Assembly: GCA_041500125.1 (NCBI GenBank)
Contig: JBGQLP010000004.1
Location: forward strand, 9,332 to 73,331
Direction: 5' to 3'
DNA from: Gemmatimonadota bacterium
GTDB taxonomy: Bacteria > Gemmatimonadota > Gemmatimonadetes > Gemmatimonadales > GWC2-71-9
DNA length: 64,000 nucleotides
The translations under genes were made by a program, and so were the position numbers. This document shows positions 34,197 through 43,293 of this stretch, piece after piece (the first letter of the stretch is position 1; each line of letters opens with the position of its first letter). The notes below the pieces were generated by a model that worked only from the letters and a program-made list of their open reading frames with translations, was not told the DNA's origin and did no database searches.

Positions 34197-36940
34197 TTCC
34201 TAAGCGCCAACAGATTCGCAAACAACCGGTAGGCCCCCGGCACCCCCGCCGGCAGCTGACGGAAGAAGCTCAGGCCGGTGTAGACGTAGGTTCCCTTCCC
34301 CACCGGCGCGATCAGCAGTCCGCCCTCGAGCGGCGCTTCCCCAGGATCATGAGTCTCCAACACTGGCCGATAGTGCCGGTCCCAGCTTCGGGCGAAATAG
34401 AGTCCCCGCTCCTGCACCCAGCCCTGCCAGTCGGCGTTCGTCAGCCGATTGGGGAATCGTACGGCGAGATGGTCTGCCGCGAGGATGTGCACCGGCGCGT
34501 TCTCGTCCACCACCCGGTCGTGACTGACCGGAGGACCAGGCCGGGACGGCGCGGTCCCCCCGGTCCGGCCGCCGGGGCCTTCATCCAGACGGAGCGGCTG
34601 CCCGCCGACCTTCATCGGGTAGGGCGCGAATCGTCCATTGAAGAATGGATGCTGCTGATACTGTACGATGACGAGACCGCCCCTCCGGGCGTAGCTCAGG
34701 AGGCGGTCGTTGTTCTCGACCAAGGCCGAATCGGTTTCATATGCCCGCGGTCCCACGATGATGGCGTCGAACCGGTTCAGATTCCCCCGCTCCAGGGTCC
34801 CCCGGTCCAGCAGCACCACGGGCACGCCGACACTCTTCAAAGCCTCGGGCACCAGGTCGGCTGCACCGCGGATGTAGCCCACTCGCGCCAACCGCGGCAG
34901 GAGCAGGGACCCTACTCGGATGGTGGCCAGGGCCGGCTTGGTGTAGGACCGGGGACGGATGTGCGGGTAGTCGACGGTAAACACGCCGACATCGTACGTC
35001 TCCCCGCTCTTGTCCTGCGCGACTGCCCGGATCTGGGCGCTGGCGCTCGCAAGCTTTGCGGGCGGTCTCACATCGAAGCTGAACGTGCCCCGCTCGTCCT
35101 CCCGATCGAACCGGAACTGCTGCGGCGCCACCGCCGGCCAGCCTCGGGGCATCTTGAGGGTGACGGTGCCGGAGGTCGAATCCCTGGCGCCGTGGGTCAG
35201 CGTGACGGTAAAGCGATGCGGAGCGGTGGAGCTCACCGGCCAGAGCTCGGTCGCCGGATCGATTTTCACATCCACGCGTGGCACCACCGTCACCGGCCGG
35301 CGCACCTCGCCGCGCGCCTGGTCGTTGAATCGAAATACCGCCTCTTCCAGTCGGGCCGCGCCGAGGCTGTCGGATTCCCCGGAGTTCACCTCGACCGAGC
35401 CGAGAAAGGTGGGCGACTCGAACGGCTCTCCATAGGGCAGGCTGCCGGTGAGATGACCCTGATCCTGGGCTTCGGGCCAGCGATAGAGATCTCCATCGCG
35501 GGGCAACATGAGGAAGTACGGAGTGGACGGCGGCTGCTCGAGAACGGTGTAATCGACCGCGACGGTCCCCACCTGGCCAGGCGGGATAGTCTGCGGACTG
35601 GGATCGTGCTCCGGGCTATCACAGTCGCCCAACGGGATGCACTCGGCCGCACGCATGTCGGCGATGCGAGTCTGATCCGAGGCATTCCACGAAGAGAGCG
35701 TCCAGGCCAGCTTCTGCCCGGTCACCACCCGGTCATCGTCTACCACCACATCGAAGACCACCCGACCCAGATGCCATGCGGCCGCGTTGAGGTGGCCGAG
35801 CTGGTCCTCCAGCTCGATGCCACGGGTGTAAAGGACGCCTCGCTGAGCCGATGACGCCTGGGGAGGGGCTGATACGGCCCGGTCCAGATCGCGGGCGGCC
35901 CGGGCCAACAGGCTTCGCTGGCGCGACAGATCGCCTCGAGCCGCGACCACCGAATCGATCCGCACCGCGTAGCGGCCCAGCTCCGGCACTGGCTCCGTGG
36001 CATGGACCAGCTCGGCGGATTGGGCAGTCCGCCGCTCACCCAGCGGCATGGCCGCAATAGTGGTGTCGATGCCGGCAAACAACCCAGCGGCGCCGGCGCC
36101 GGTGCGATCTTCGATCAGCGCCAGCCGGACGTTGGATGGTCCGATCCGCTGTAGCTGCCCCATGTCCTGCGAACGGTGCAGACTCCGCCCCGCCATTGCG
36201 ATCTGATGATAGGACTTACCGACGGCCGGGTCGAGCACGCCACCGTTCAGCGTCAGAGTGGTGGCCGTCGTGTCGAAGCGAGTGCTCCGGTACAGCTTCG
36301 AGGGACTCCAGGGAACTAGCCCCTCCTCGCTGAACAGCTCCCGAAAGCGAGTGGAATCTCCGGCCACCCGGAATGCTTCCTGGGCGGCCCAGCCGGCGGC
36401 CTGGTGCTGTCCGTGCCCATCTCGCGGCGTTCCGCTGAAGATTGACACGATGATCTGGGGACGAAATCGCCGAACGATACGTACCACATCCTTGAGGATC
36501 GTGTCCCGGGGCCAGTGTTGCCAGGTCTCTTCCAGGGTCTTGGAGTAGCCGAAATCGTAGGCCCGGGTGAAGTACTGGCGAGCGCCATCCAGCCGGCGTG
36601 CGGCCAGCAACTCCTCGGTCCGAAGCAGCCCGAGCGCCTCACCCAGCTCCGGGCCAATGAGGTTCTGGCCCCCCTCTCCCCGGTTGAGCGAGAGGTACCC
36701 CGCCTCGGCCCCCATTCCTCGGACCAGAATGGTCAGGAGCTCGGTGTCCTCGTCATCCGGGTGCGCGCCAATCATCAGCACCCGCTTGTAGTGCCCCAGC
36801 ATCCGGAGCTCCTGATCCAGCGCCACGGCTCCGCCGCTCGACGGCGGCTCGAGTTGCCCCGGGAGAGGTGGTGTCAGGTAAAAGAGCAGAGCGAAGAAGG
36901 AGAAACCGACGGAGAGCGATCGGCGACGCACAGACCCCAA
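34193..36940 (-). CDS. Large PIG-L/LmbE family de-N-acetylase with C-terminal ThuA/GATase1-like region, secreted
   Basis: 915 aa. Signal peptide. PIG-L motif VLMIGAHPDDEDTELL...NRGEGGQN. The long C-terminal extension ends in a putative amidotransferase-like fold. Confidence 0.8.
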   Translation of the reverse strand: MGSVRRRSLSVGFSFFALLFYLTPPLPGQLEPPSSGGAVALDQELRMLGHYKRVLMIGAHPDDEDTELLTILVRGMGAEAGYLSLNRGEGGQNLIGPELGEALGLLRTEELLAARRLDGARQYFTRAYDFGYSKTLEETWQHWPRDTILKDVVRIVRRFRPQIIVSIFSGTPRDGHGQHQAAGWAAQEAFRVAGDSTRFRELFSEEGLVPWSPSKLYRSTRFDTTATTLTLNGGVLDPAVGKSYHQIAMAGRSLHRSQDMGQLQRIGPSNVRLALIEDRTGAGAAGLFAGIDTTIAAMPLGERRTAQSAELVHATEPVPELGRYAVRIDSVVAARGDLSRQRSLLARAARDLDRAVSAPPQASSAQRGVLYTRGIELEDQLGHLNAAAWHLGRVVFDVVVDDDRVVTGQKLAWTLSSWNASDQTRIADMRAAECIPLGDCDSPEHDPSPQTIPPGQVGTVAVDYTVLEQPPSTPYFLMLPRDGDLYRWPEAQDQGHLTGSLPYGEPFESPTFLGSVEVNSGESDSLGAARLEEAVFRFNDQARGEVRRPVTVVPRVDVKIDPATELWPVSSTAPHRFTVTLTHGARDSTSGTVTLKMPRGWPAVAPQQFRFDREDERGTFSFDVRPPAKLASASAQIRAVAQDKSGETYDVGVFTVDYPHIRPRSYTKPALATIRVGSLLLPRLARVGYIRGAADLVPEALKSVGVPVVLLDRGTLERGNLNRFDAIIVGPRAYETDSALVENNDRLLSYARRGGLVIVQYQQHPFFNGRFAPYPMKVGGQPLRLDEGPGGRTGGTAPSRPGPPVSHDRVVDENAPVHILAADHLAVRFPNRLTNADWQGWVQERGLYFARSWDRHYRPVLETHDPGEAPLEGGLLIAPVGKGTYVYTGLSFFRQLPAGVPGAYRLFANLLALRK

Positions 36941-37011
36941 CCGTAAGAGTTGAGGCTGGAAGCTAATGGGTCCGGGGCGCCTCGGGCGGGATGATCCCGG
37001 TCCGGCCTTGG

Positions 37012-37515
37012 CTACTGTGGGGCGTCGCCCAAGGGGGTATTCCGGCAGGCGGTCCGGAAGTCCGGATGGCGGAGCCAGAGATAGAGTCCCATGCAGAGCG
37101 CCGCGAGCGTGTTGGCGATCACGACTGCCCAGAAGGGGAAGAGCTCGTTGGTGCGCTCGGAGAACACCTCGAGCAGGCCATAGAACAGCACCTCGAACAC
37201 CAGAAACACGGGCAGCAGGGCGTAGCGAACGACCGGGTCGCGGACCCCCCAGTGGATCAGGATGACCAGGCCCATGCCGAGCAGCGCGAAGACGGCAAAG
37301 TGAAAGGCGGTATAAACCAGGATCGCGCCAAACACGAGGTGGCTGGTGTCCGGCGTCGAGTCGCCGAACAGGACCACCTGTCCCAGCAGGCTGGGGGTCT
37401 GGAAGGGATGGCCGGCAATCGTATCGAGGATCAGAAACCAGATGGCGACCGAGAGACCGCCGATGATCCCGACGTCGGTACCCTCCGACAGGGTCGAGTG
37501 GGAGTTATCCAGCAT
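37012..37515 (-). CDS. Hypothetical integral membrane protein
   Basis: 167 aa, about 4-5 TM segments. No recognisable motif. Confidence 0.6.
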   Translation of the reverse strand: MLDNSHSTLSEGTDVGIIGGLSVAIWFLILDTIAGHPFQTPSLLGQVVLFGDSTPDTSHLVFGAILVYTAFHFAVFALLGMGLVILIHWGVRDPVVRYALLPVFLVFEVLFYGLLEVFSERTNELFPFWAVVIANTLAALCMGLYLWLRHPDFRTACRNTPLGDAPQ

Positions 37516-37616
37516 GGCTACCCTCCGGAGCAGCCCCTCGAATCAGTGACGTGCAATAACTGGGTTTGCATCACATTGGGGCGGGCGGGTCCAGAACGCA
37601 AGGCATCGGGGGAGCG

Positions 37617-37943
37617 TTACCTGGGCTTAGCCGCGGCGCAGCGATCGCAGAGGCAGAGGCGAAGCAGCTGCTCAAAAGTGTAGATGCCGGTCCCGTGGCC
37701 GTCGCTCCAGTTCACCCGGAGCCCATAGGCGCCAACCAACTGGAGCGACAGTGGACGGATGTCGGATGGCACGGCTGCGGGATCGAGGAGGGGGCGGCCG
37801 CTCATTTCTTCCACACAGCCGGCGCAGGGGCACGCCAGGCGGAGCCCGCGGGCTGGGAAGAAGCCCTCGTGCTCCTGCTGATCCCATTCGATGAGGATGC
37901 CGTCGTCCCGGCGGTTGATGGCGTGGGGGATGGGGTTGTTCAT
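37617..37943 (-). CDS. DUF971 domain protein
   Basis: 108 aa. [34 protein letters not shown]...[15 protein letters not shown] matches the DUF971 (gamma-BBH N-terminal-like) pattern. Confidence 0.8.
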   Translation of the reverse strand: MNNPIPHAINRRDDGILIEWDQQEHEGFFPARGLRLACPCAGCVEEMSGRPLLDPAAVPSDIRPLSLQLVGAYGLRVNWSDGHGTGIYTFEQLLRLCLCDRCAAAKPR

Positions 37944-38042
37944 GGCTATGGGCTATTGGCTATGGGCAAATCAAAACAAGAAACCCCCCGGATCACCGGA
38001 GGGTTTCCGACCATCGGAGCAGCCAACAGCGAATAGCCAAGA
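37944..38042. repeat. Family D GGCTATG-heptad inverted repeat flanking a canonical terminator
   Basis: Arm 1 is GGCTATG GGCTATT GGCTATG GGC (37944-37967), abutting the DUF971 start codon. Arm 2 is CAGCCAACAGCGAATAGCCAAG (38020-38042), just after the sigma gene stop. Confidence 0.5.
37968..38009 (-). terminator. Intrinsic terminator of the sigma-factor gene
   Basis: Minus-strand RNA: GGAAACCCUCCGG-uga-UCCGGGGGGUUUC followed by UUGUUUUGAUUU. Confidence 0.7.
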
Positions 38043-38047
38043 GACCT

Positions 38048-38941
38048 TTAAGCCACCAGATCCCGGAGCCGGTCCCCAGTTTCGCCCTCTCGCAGCCGAA
38101 GCAATGCCCGGTCGCGTAGCTGGCGGATCCGTTCACGGGTGACTCCCATCATCCGGCCGATCTCTTCGAGCGTGCGGCTATTCCCGTCATCCAGGCCAAA
38201 ATACAGTCGCAGCACCTTGGCGTCCCGGGGCGGGAGGGCGGCGAGGGCCGCTTCGATGTCCCGCGTCTGGCTGTTAGCCATGGTCGTCATGTCGGTGCTT
38301 TCCTGCTCCCCGCTGGTGAACCGCTCGATCCGTTCGTTGCCCTCGCCATCCCGGGTGGGATGGTCGAGCCGCACCGCTTCGGAGTTGAGGGCGCTCAACG
38401 AGCGTACCGCCTCCACCGTGAGACCGGTGGCGCGGGCGAGCTCCTCGGTTGTCGGCATCCGACCCAGACGATCCTTCAGCAGAGTCGTGGTCCGGCCGAG
38501 CCGGCTGAGGTCGGCAGTACGGTTGAGCGGTACCCGGACCGGCCGGCCGTGGCGGGCAATGGCTGCCTGGACCGCCTGGCGAATCCACCATACGGCATAC
38601 GAGATGAACTTGACGCCACGATCGGGGTCGAACTTCCGCGCGGCAGTCATCAGTCCGAGGTTTCCTTCGCCGATCAAGTCGACCAGGGGCACCCCACGAT
38701 TTTGGAACTTCTTGGCCACCGAGACCACGAACCGGACGTTGTGCCGCGCCAGCTTTTCCTGGGCTGTCACGTTGCCCTTGAACGCCCGGCGGGCGAGCTC
38801 CATCTCCTCCTCGCGATTGAGGAGGGGAACGCGGCTGATCTCGTCGAGATAGAGATCGAGGCTCTCCCGGCCTTCATCGATTGCACGGGCGATCTGCGCC
38901 GGTCGTACGGGGCGACGCTTGCTACGCGCCTTGATTGTCAC
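38048..38941 (-). CDS. RNA polymerase sigma-70 family factor (RpoD/RpoS-like, short form)
   Basis: 297 aa. Region 2 (VRFVVSVAKKFQNRGVPLVDLIGEGNLGLMTAARKFD, YAVWWIRQAV) and region 4.2 (TLEEIGRMMGVTRERIRQLRDRAL). GTG start with GGGAGG upstream. Confidence 0.9.
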   Translation of the reverse strand: MTIKARSKRRPVRPAQIARAIDEGRESLDLYLDEISRVPLLNREEEMELARRAFKGNVTAQEKLARHNVRFVVSVAKKFQNRGVPLVDLIGEGNLGLMTAARKFDPDRGVKFISYAVWWIRQAVQAAIARHGRPVRVPLNRTADLSRLGRTTTLLKDRLGRMPTTEELARATGLTVEAVRSLSALNSEAVRLDHPTRDGEGNERIERFTSGEQESTDMTTMANSQTRDIEAALAALPPRDAKVLRLYFGLDDGNSRTLEEIGRMMGVTRERIRQLRDRALLRLREGETGDRLRDLVA

Positions 38942-39218
38942 GCTACTAGCCTCCCTAAGGGACCCTGTCCCCCTGCTCGGTTACCAGCCACGACTGAGGC
39001 CGAGCCAAATTCGAAGTCGGCCAATATAGCACCTAAGATGCGAGAAATCAACACCTTAGATAAACCGTGGCGGGACGGATAGTTGCGGCGACTCCGGGAA
39101 GGAAACCGGCCACACGAGTCTTACGACGTCGCTGTATGCAACTTTGGCAGGACGACGGTAGTGGCGCGAGCTGCTTCGTGCCAGTCTGAAACGATGGACT
39201 AGGTGAGAGTATTCCCCG

Positions 39219-39866
39219 CTATTTCGAAGGTCCTCCCATTCCGGGCATCTCCTGAGGCTTCTCGGTGATCGAGGACTTGGCCCCATTTCCCTGCGATGTC
39301 AGCTCCATCTGATGGTTCTCGCCCACTGACTTGACCAGCGAGAAGGGCACCCCGGGAGAGATCCAACTATCGGAACCGTACTTGGCGCTGTGATAATGCT
39401 GGGCCTGGAAACGGCCGGCCGGGACCGTAACGGCTTCCTTGCCGACCAGGGTCACGTCCTGACAGATGTCACTATACAGGTTCTGCTTTTCCATCTGGCC
39501 CCGAATCATCTTCATCATCATGCCGTTCATCTTCATGGCCGGTTTGTCGCCGGCCTTGAACACGATTTCCTCGACATCCCCCATCTGCATTAGCGAGCCG
39601 GGGACCAGCATTTGATAGACTATGTTGCGCTCTTTGTTGTCTCCCTTCATCCGAAGCTCGACCCAATCCATGGTCTTGCCACCCCGCTGCTCGGCTCCGA
39701 TGACCGCGTAGCGCACGGTGTAGGGGTCCTTCTTGTTGTACAGGGCCTTGTACTCGGCCCAGCGGCCGACCGCGGGAAACTTGATCTGGTCCAGGCAGTT
39801 GGCCTGGGCGAGAGCCGGGAGGTTCACTCCCGCCGCCAGGGCCAGTGAGAGGGTAAGCGCTCGCAT
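39219..39866 (-). CDS. Secreted hypothetical protein, Met-rich segment
   Basis: 215 aa. Signal peptide MRALTLSLALAAGVNLPALAQA. Met cluster PAMKMNGMMMKMIRGQM. GAGGA upstream. Visibly lower GC than its neighbours. Confidence 0.6.
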   Translation of the reverse strand: MRALTLSLALAAGVNLPALAQANCLDQIKFPAVGRWAEYKALYNKKDPYTVRYAVIGAEQRGGKTMDWVELRMKGDNKERNIVYQMLVPGSLMQMGDVEEIVFKAGDKPAMKMNGMMMKMIRGQMEKQNLYSDICQDVTLVGKEAVTVPAGRFQAQHYHSAKYGSDSWISPGVPFSLVKSVGENHQMELTSQGNGAKSSITEKPQEMPGMGGPSK

Positions 39867-39891
39867 ACTGCGTCCTCAGTGTAGGTGTGAC

Positions 39892-41298
39892 CTAATGCAT
39901 GCCCGAGCCGGAGAGCTGCTTGACCAGCTCACCGACCACGTTCTTGGCGTCACCGAATAGCATCCAGGTTCGATCGGAAAAGTATAGCTCGTTATCGATC
40001 CCGGCGAACCCGGGATTCTTGCTCCGCTTGATGGCGAACACCGTCCGTGCCTTGTCGGCGTCGATGATGGGCATCCCGAAGATGGGACTGGTCTTGTCGG
40101 TGCGAGCCGCGGGATTGACGACGTCGTTGGCCCCCACCACCAGAGCCACGTCGCACTGAGGCATCTCCGAGTTGATCTCGTCCATTTCCACCAGATCAGT
40201 GTATGGAATATTGGCCTCGGCGAGCAGCACATTCATGTGACCAGGCATGCGCCCAGCCACCGGGTGGATGGCAAACTTGACCGTCACTCCCCGCTTCTTG
40301 AGCTGGTCGTAGAGCTCGCGGACTTTGTGTTGCGCCTGGGCCACCGCCATGCCGTAGCCGGGCACAATGACGACTAGGTTCGCTTCCTCCAGAACCTGAG
40401 CAGCCCCCTCGATCGTCTCCGACTTGTAGGTCTTCTGTTCGCCACCTGCGGCAACCTGCTTCGTCTGGCCGAACGCGCCGAACAGCACGTTGGTGAACGA
40501 CCGGTTCATGGCCCGGCACATAATGATGGCCAGGATCAGGCCGCTGGAGCCGTCGAGGGCGCCGGCCGTGATCAGCAGCTTGTTGTCCAGCACGAATCCC
40601 ATCGCCACCGCCGACAGGCCGGCGTAGGAGTTCAGGATGGCGATGACCGTCGGCATATCCGCCCCGCCGATGGGGATGATCAGCAGGACCCCGAACAGGA
40701 GGGCAAGGACGATGATGACGGGAAAGACCATGGGGGCCCAGGACGCGGCCGGGTTCAGCGTGAGCGCGGCGCCCACCAGCAGGGCGCAAGCCAGCAGGCC
40801 GAGGTTGGTCAGATTCTGGAGCGGGTAGGTGACCGGACGCTGGGGAATCCATTTCACTTCCTGCAGCTTGCCCGCTGCCATCAGGCTGCCGGTAAAGGTG
40901 AGATACCCCAGCAGGATCTCCACGATGATGGCAACCATCCGGAAGGTGGTGAGGTTCTCCGGTCCTTCCGACACCCAGAGGTAATACTTGGCGGTGCCGA
41001 CGAGACCCGCGGCCAACCCGCCGAAGGCGTGGGACAAGGCGGTTCGCTGCGGCACCGCGGTGAGCGGCACCCGCGAGAGCGGCACCCCCACGATGAATCC
41101 GGCGATGATGGCCAGCGCGATCCAGCCGTGGTGCACCACCTCGGGCTGAGCCCAGGTGGCCACGATGGCGATGGCCATCGCCGCCACGCCGGAGTAGACG
41201 GCTTTCCGGGCGGTAGCCGGCGTGTTCATCCAGTGCAGCGCGAAGATGAAGAGCACCGTCGCGACCAGATAGGCCAGCTGGACGATCCCGTGAGTCAT
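39892..41298 (-). CDS. pntB: NAD(P) transhydrogenase subunit beta
   Basis: 468 aa. N-terminal TM domain plus C-terminal NADP(H) domain (GYGMAVAQAQH, HPVAGRMPGHMNVLLAEA). Confidence 0.95.
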   Translation of the reverse strand: MTHGIVQLAYLVATVLFIFALHWMNTPATARKAVYSGVAAMAIAIVATWAQPEVVHHGWIALAIIAGFIVGVPLSRVPLTAVPQRTALSHAFGGLAAGLVGTAKYYLWVSEGPENLTTFRMVAIIVEILLGYLTFTGSLMAAGKLQEVKWIPQRPVTYPLQNLTNLGLLACALLVGAALTLNPAASWAPMVFPVIIVLALLFGVLLIIPIGGADMPTVIAILNSYAGLSAVAMGFVLDNKLLITAGALDGSSGLILAIIMCRAMNRSFTNVLFGAFGQTKQVAAGGEQKTYKSETIEGAAQVLEEANLVVIVPGYGMAVAQAQHKVRELYDQLKKRGVTVKFAIHPVAGRMPGHMNVLLAEANIPYTDLVEMDEINSEMPQCDVALVVGANDVVNPAARTDKTSPIFGMPIIDADKARTVFAIKRSKNPGFAGIDNELYFSDRTWMLFGDAKNVVGELVKQLSGSGMH

Positions 41299-41609
41299 GG
41301 GCGCTGGTCCGGCCCGGGCTTCCGCTCGGTCTTGAACATTTTGAGCATCCGGTCGGTGATCAGGAAACCGCTCACGATGTTGGTCATGGAGGCAAAGAGG
41401 GCGATGGCCCCGAGAATCCGGATCCCCCGCGGGTAGTCCGCGCCAGTCACGATGATCGAGCCGACCACGGCGATGGCCGATATGGCGTTGGTGATGGACA
41501 TGAGCGGGGTATGCAGCAGGCGGGACACCCGTCGAATCACCCCAACCCCAATGAATGACGCGAGCACGAAGACGAACATCATGGACCAGAGATCGAGCGG
41601 CTGGGTCAT
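41295..41609 (-). CDS. pntAB: NAD(P) transhydrogenase subunit alpha part 2
   Basis: 104 aa, 3 TMs. Overlapping start and stop codons with both pnt neighbours. Confidence 0.9.
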   Translation of the reverse strand: MTQPLDLWSMMFVFVLASFIGVGVIRRVSRLLHTPLMSITNAISAIAVVGSIIVTGADYPRGIRILGAIALFASMTNIVSGFLITDRMLKMFKTERKPGPDQRP

Positions 41610-42757
41610 GTTCCCACCTTCTTCAGAGCGTCCTGGGTCTTGGGGTGTCTCACCGCACCATCGTGCGTGATCACCGCGCCTTGCTGGATGTCGTCGCTGA
41701 GGTCGAGCTGAAAGGCTTTGTCTTTAGTGAAGGCCTGGACAAAGGCGGTAAGGTTTCGGGAAAACAGCAGGCTCGCGTGCAGCGGCATGGTAGCCGGGAG
41801 GTTGAGCGGGGCAAGGATGGTGATTCCATTCACCATCACGGTCTCTCCCGGGCGGGCCAGCTCACAGTTGCCTCCGCCGTCGGCCGCCAGGTCCACGATC
41901 ACTGCGCCTGGCTTCATGGTCCTCACCATCTCCGCCGAGATCAGCTTCGGGGCGAACACTCCTCCGATGAGCGCAGTGGTGATCACCGCGTCCGACTGGG
42001 CGCACTGCGCCGCCAGGAGCTCCCGTTGGCGCAACCGGTCCTCCTCGGTCAGCTCCTTGGCGTACCCCCCTCCGGCTGATGCCTCCTCCTTCAGCTCGAT
42101 GCCGACATACTTCCCGCCCACGCTCTCGATCTGCTCCTTCACCTCCGGTCGCACATCGGTGGCAAAGACGTTTGCTCCCAGCCGGCGCGCCGTGGCGATG
42201 GCCTGAAGGCCAGCTACACCCGCGCCAATCACGAACACTTTGGCCGGAGGGACGGTCCCGGCGGCGGTCATCAGCATGGGGAAGTACTTGTTCAGCTCGA
42301 CCGCAGCGAGGAGCACGCCCTTATACCCGGCGATGTTGGCCATGGAGGAGAGTGTATCCATGGACTGGGCCCGGGTGGTCCGGGGGATCGCATCGGTGGA
42401 GAAGGCGGTAACCCGGCGTGAGGCAAGGGCCTGGACGGCACCGAGGTTTCGAAGCGGCATGAGCGAGCCGACATAGATAGCGCCAGAACGCATCCACCCC
42501 ACCTCATCCCGTCCGGCTTCCCTGCCCGCCGGGGGGTTCACCTTCAGAACGATGTCGGCGCCGAGAACGGCGGCGGGATCGGATTCGATAGCCACACCGG
42601 CTTCCCGATAGGCCGAATCGGGGAAACCCGCGGCGTCGCCGGCGCCGGCCTCGACCGAGATCGCGTAGCCGGCCTGAATTAGTTTCTTTGCGGACTCGGG
42701 CACGAGCGCGACACGGCGCTCGCCCGCCGAAGTCTCCTTCGGGACTCCGATGCGCAT
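41606..42757 (-). CDS. pntAA: NAD(P) transhydrogenase subunit alpha part 1
   Basis: 383 aa. AlaDH/PNT N-terminal and NAD domains (VIGAGVAGLQAIATARRLGA). Confidence 0.95.
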   Translation of the reverse strand: MRIGVPKETSAGERRVALVPESAKKLIQAGYAISVEAGAGDAAGFPDSAYREAGVAIESDPAAVLGADIVLKVNPPAGREAGRDEVGWMRSGAIYVGSLMPLRNLGAVQALASRRVTAFSTDAIPRTTRAQSMDTLSSMANIAGYKGVLLAAVELNKYFPMLMTAAGTVPPAKVFVIGAGVAGLQAIATARRLGANVFATDVRPEVKEQIESVGGKYVGIELKEEASAGGGYAKELTEEDRLRQRELLAAQCAQSDAVITTALIGGVFAPKLISAEMVRTMKPGAVIVDLAADGGGNCELARPGETVMVNGITILAPLNLPATMPLHASLLFSRNLTAFVQAFTKDKAFQLDLSDDIQQGAVITHDGAVRHPKTQDALKKVGT

Positions 42758-42790
42758 TGGATTCCACTCTAATTGGTGATCGTTCAGTAC

Positions 42791-42813
42791 GAAGTCTAGA
42801 GTCTAGACCCTCA
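42791..42813. repeat. Family C mini-copy (GTCTAGA GTCTAGA CCCTCA)
   Basis: On the minus strand the stop TGA (42813..42811) is followed directly by GGGTCTAGACTCTAGAC. Compare TAGGGTCTAGG after infA. Confidence 0.4.
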
Positions 42814-43293
42814 CAACTTAATCTTGGGCAGCTCGATCCCCGGAGCCAGTCCGCCCGTTAGGCGCTTCAGCTCGGCGTTCAGCTGCTTCTCGACCTCGTC
42901 CAGCCGCAGCTTCTCGGTCTGCACTCGTCCAGTCGCCTCCGACTGCACCGAGGCAATCTGCCGCTTGATCGGCTCCACCTTATCGCCAACCAGACTGTCG
43001 ACCTTCGCCCGAGCCATCTTCTCGGCCTTCGCGATCTCTTCGCCCATGACTGCCTGAATCCGGGAAGCGACTGCTTTGTCGAGATTACTCGAGACGGAGA
43101 ATGTCGGCTTGGCGAGGCTGCCGCCGAGCTCGGCCACGACCTGGAGGTCGTTCAGCCCCGAGATCACCCGCATGACCAGCCGCTCGAGGTCGTTCAGGTT
43201 TCGTCCTGCCGTGTCAGCAATCCAGCTCACCTTCTTCGACGCGATCGACCAGCGGCCGAGCAAATCGGCCGGGTGTTGGTCCAGTCGGTCCAT
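42811..43293 (-). CDS. Coiled-coil protein, possibly the 3' remnant of a TIGR03545/AsmA-like gene
   Basis: ORF 42811..43386. First ATG at 43293 overlaps the upstream ORF in another frame. C-terminal 130 aa are coiled coil (SNLDKAVASRIQAVMGEEIAKAEKMARAKVDSL...). No N-terminal domain. Confidence 0.4.
   Translation of the reverse strand: MDRLDQHPADLLGRWSIASKKVSWIADTAGRNLNDLERLVMRVISGLNDLQVVAELGGSLAKPTFSVSSNLDKAVASRIQAVMGEEIAKAEKMARAKVDSLVGDKVEPIKRQIASVQSEATGRVQTEKLRLDEVEKQLNAELKRLTGGLAPGIELPKIKL

Noticed and set aside
33869-35854. 661-aa plus-strand ORF
   Set aside because: Antisense to the SBP and PIG-L genes. Arg/Pro/Gly-rich low-complexity translation and no start context.
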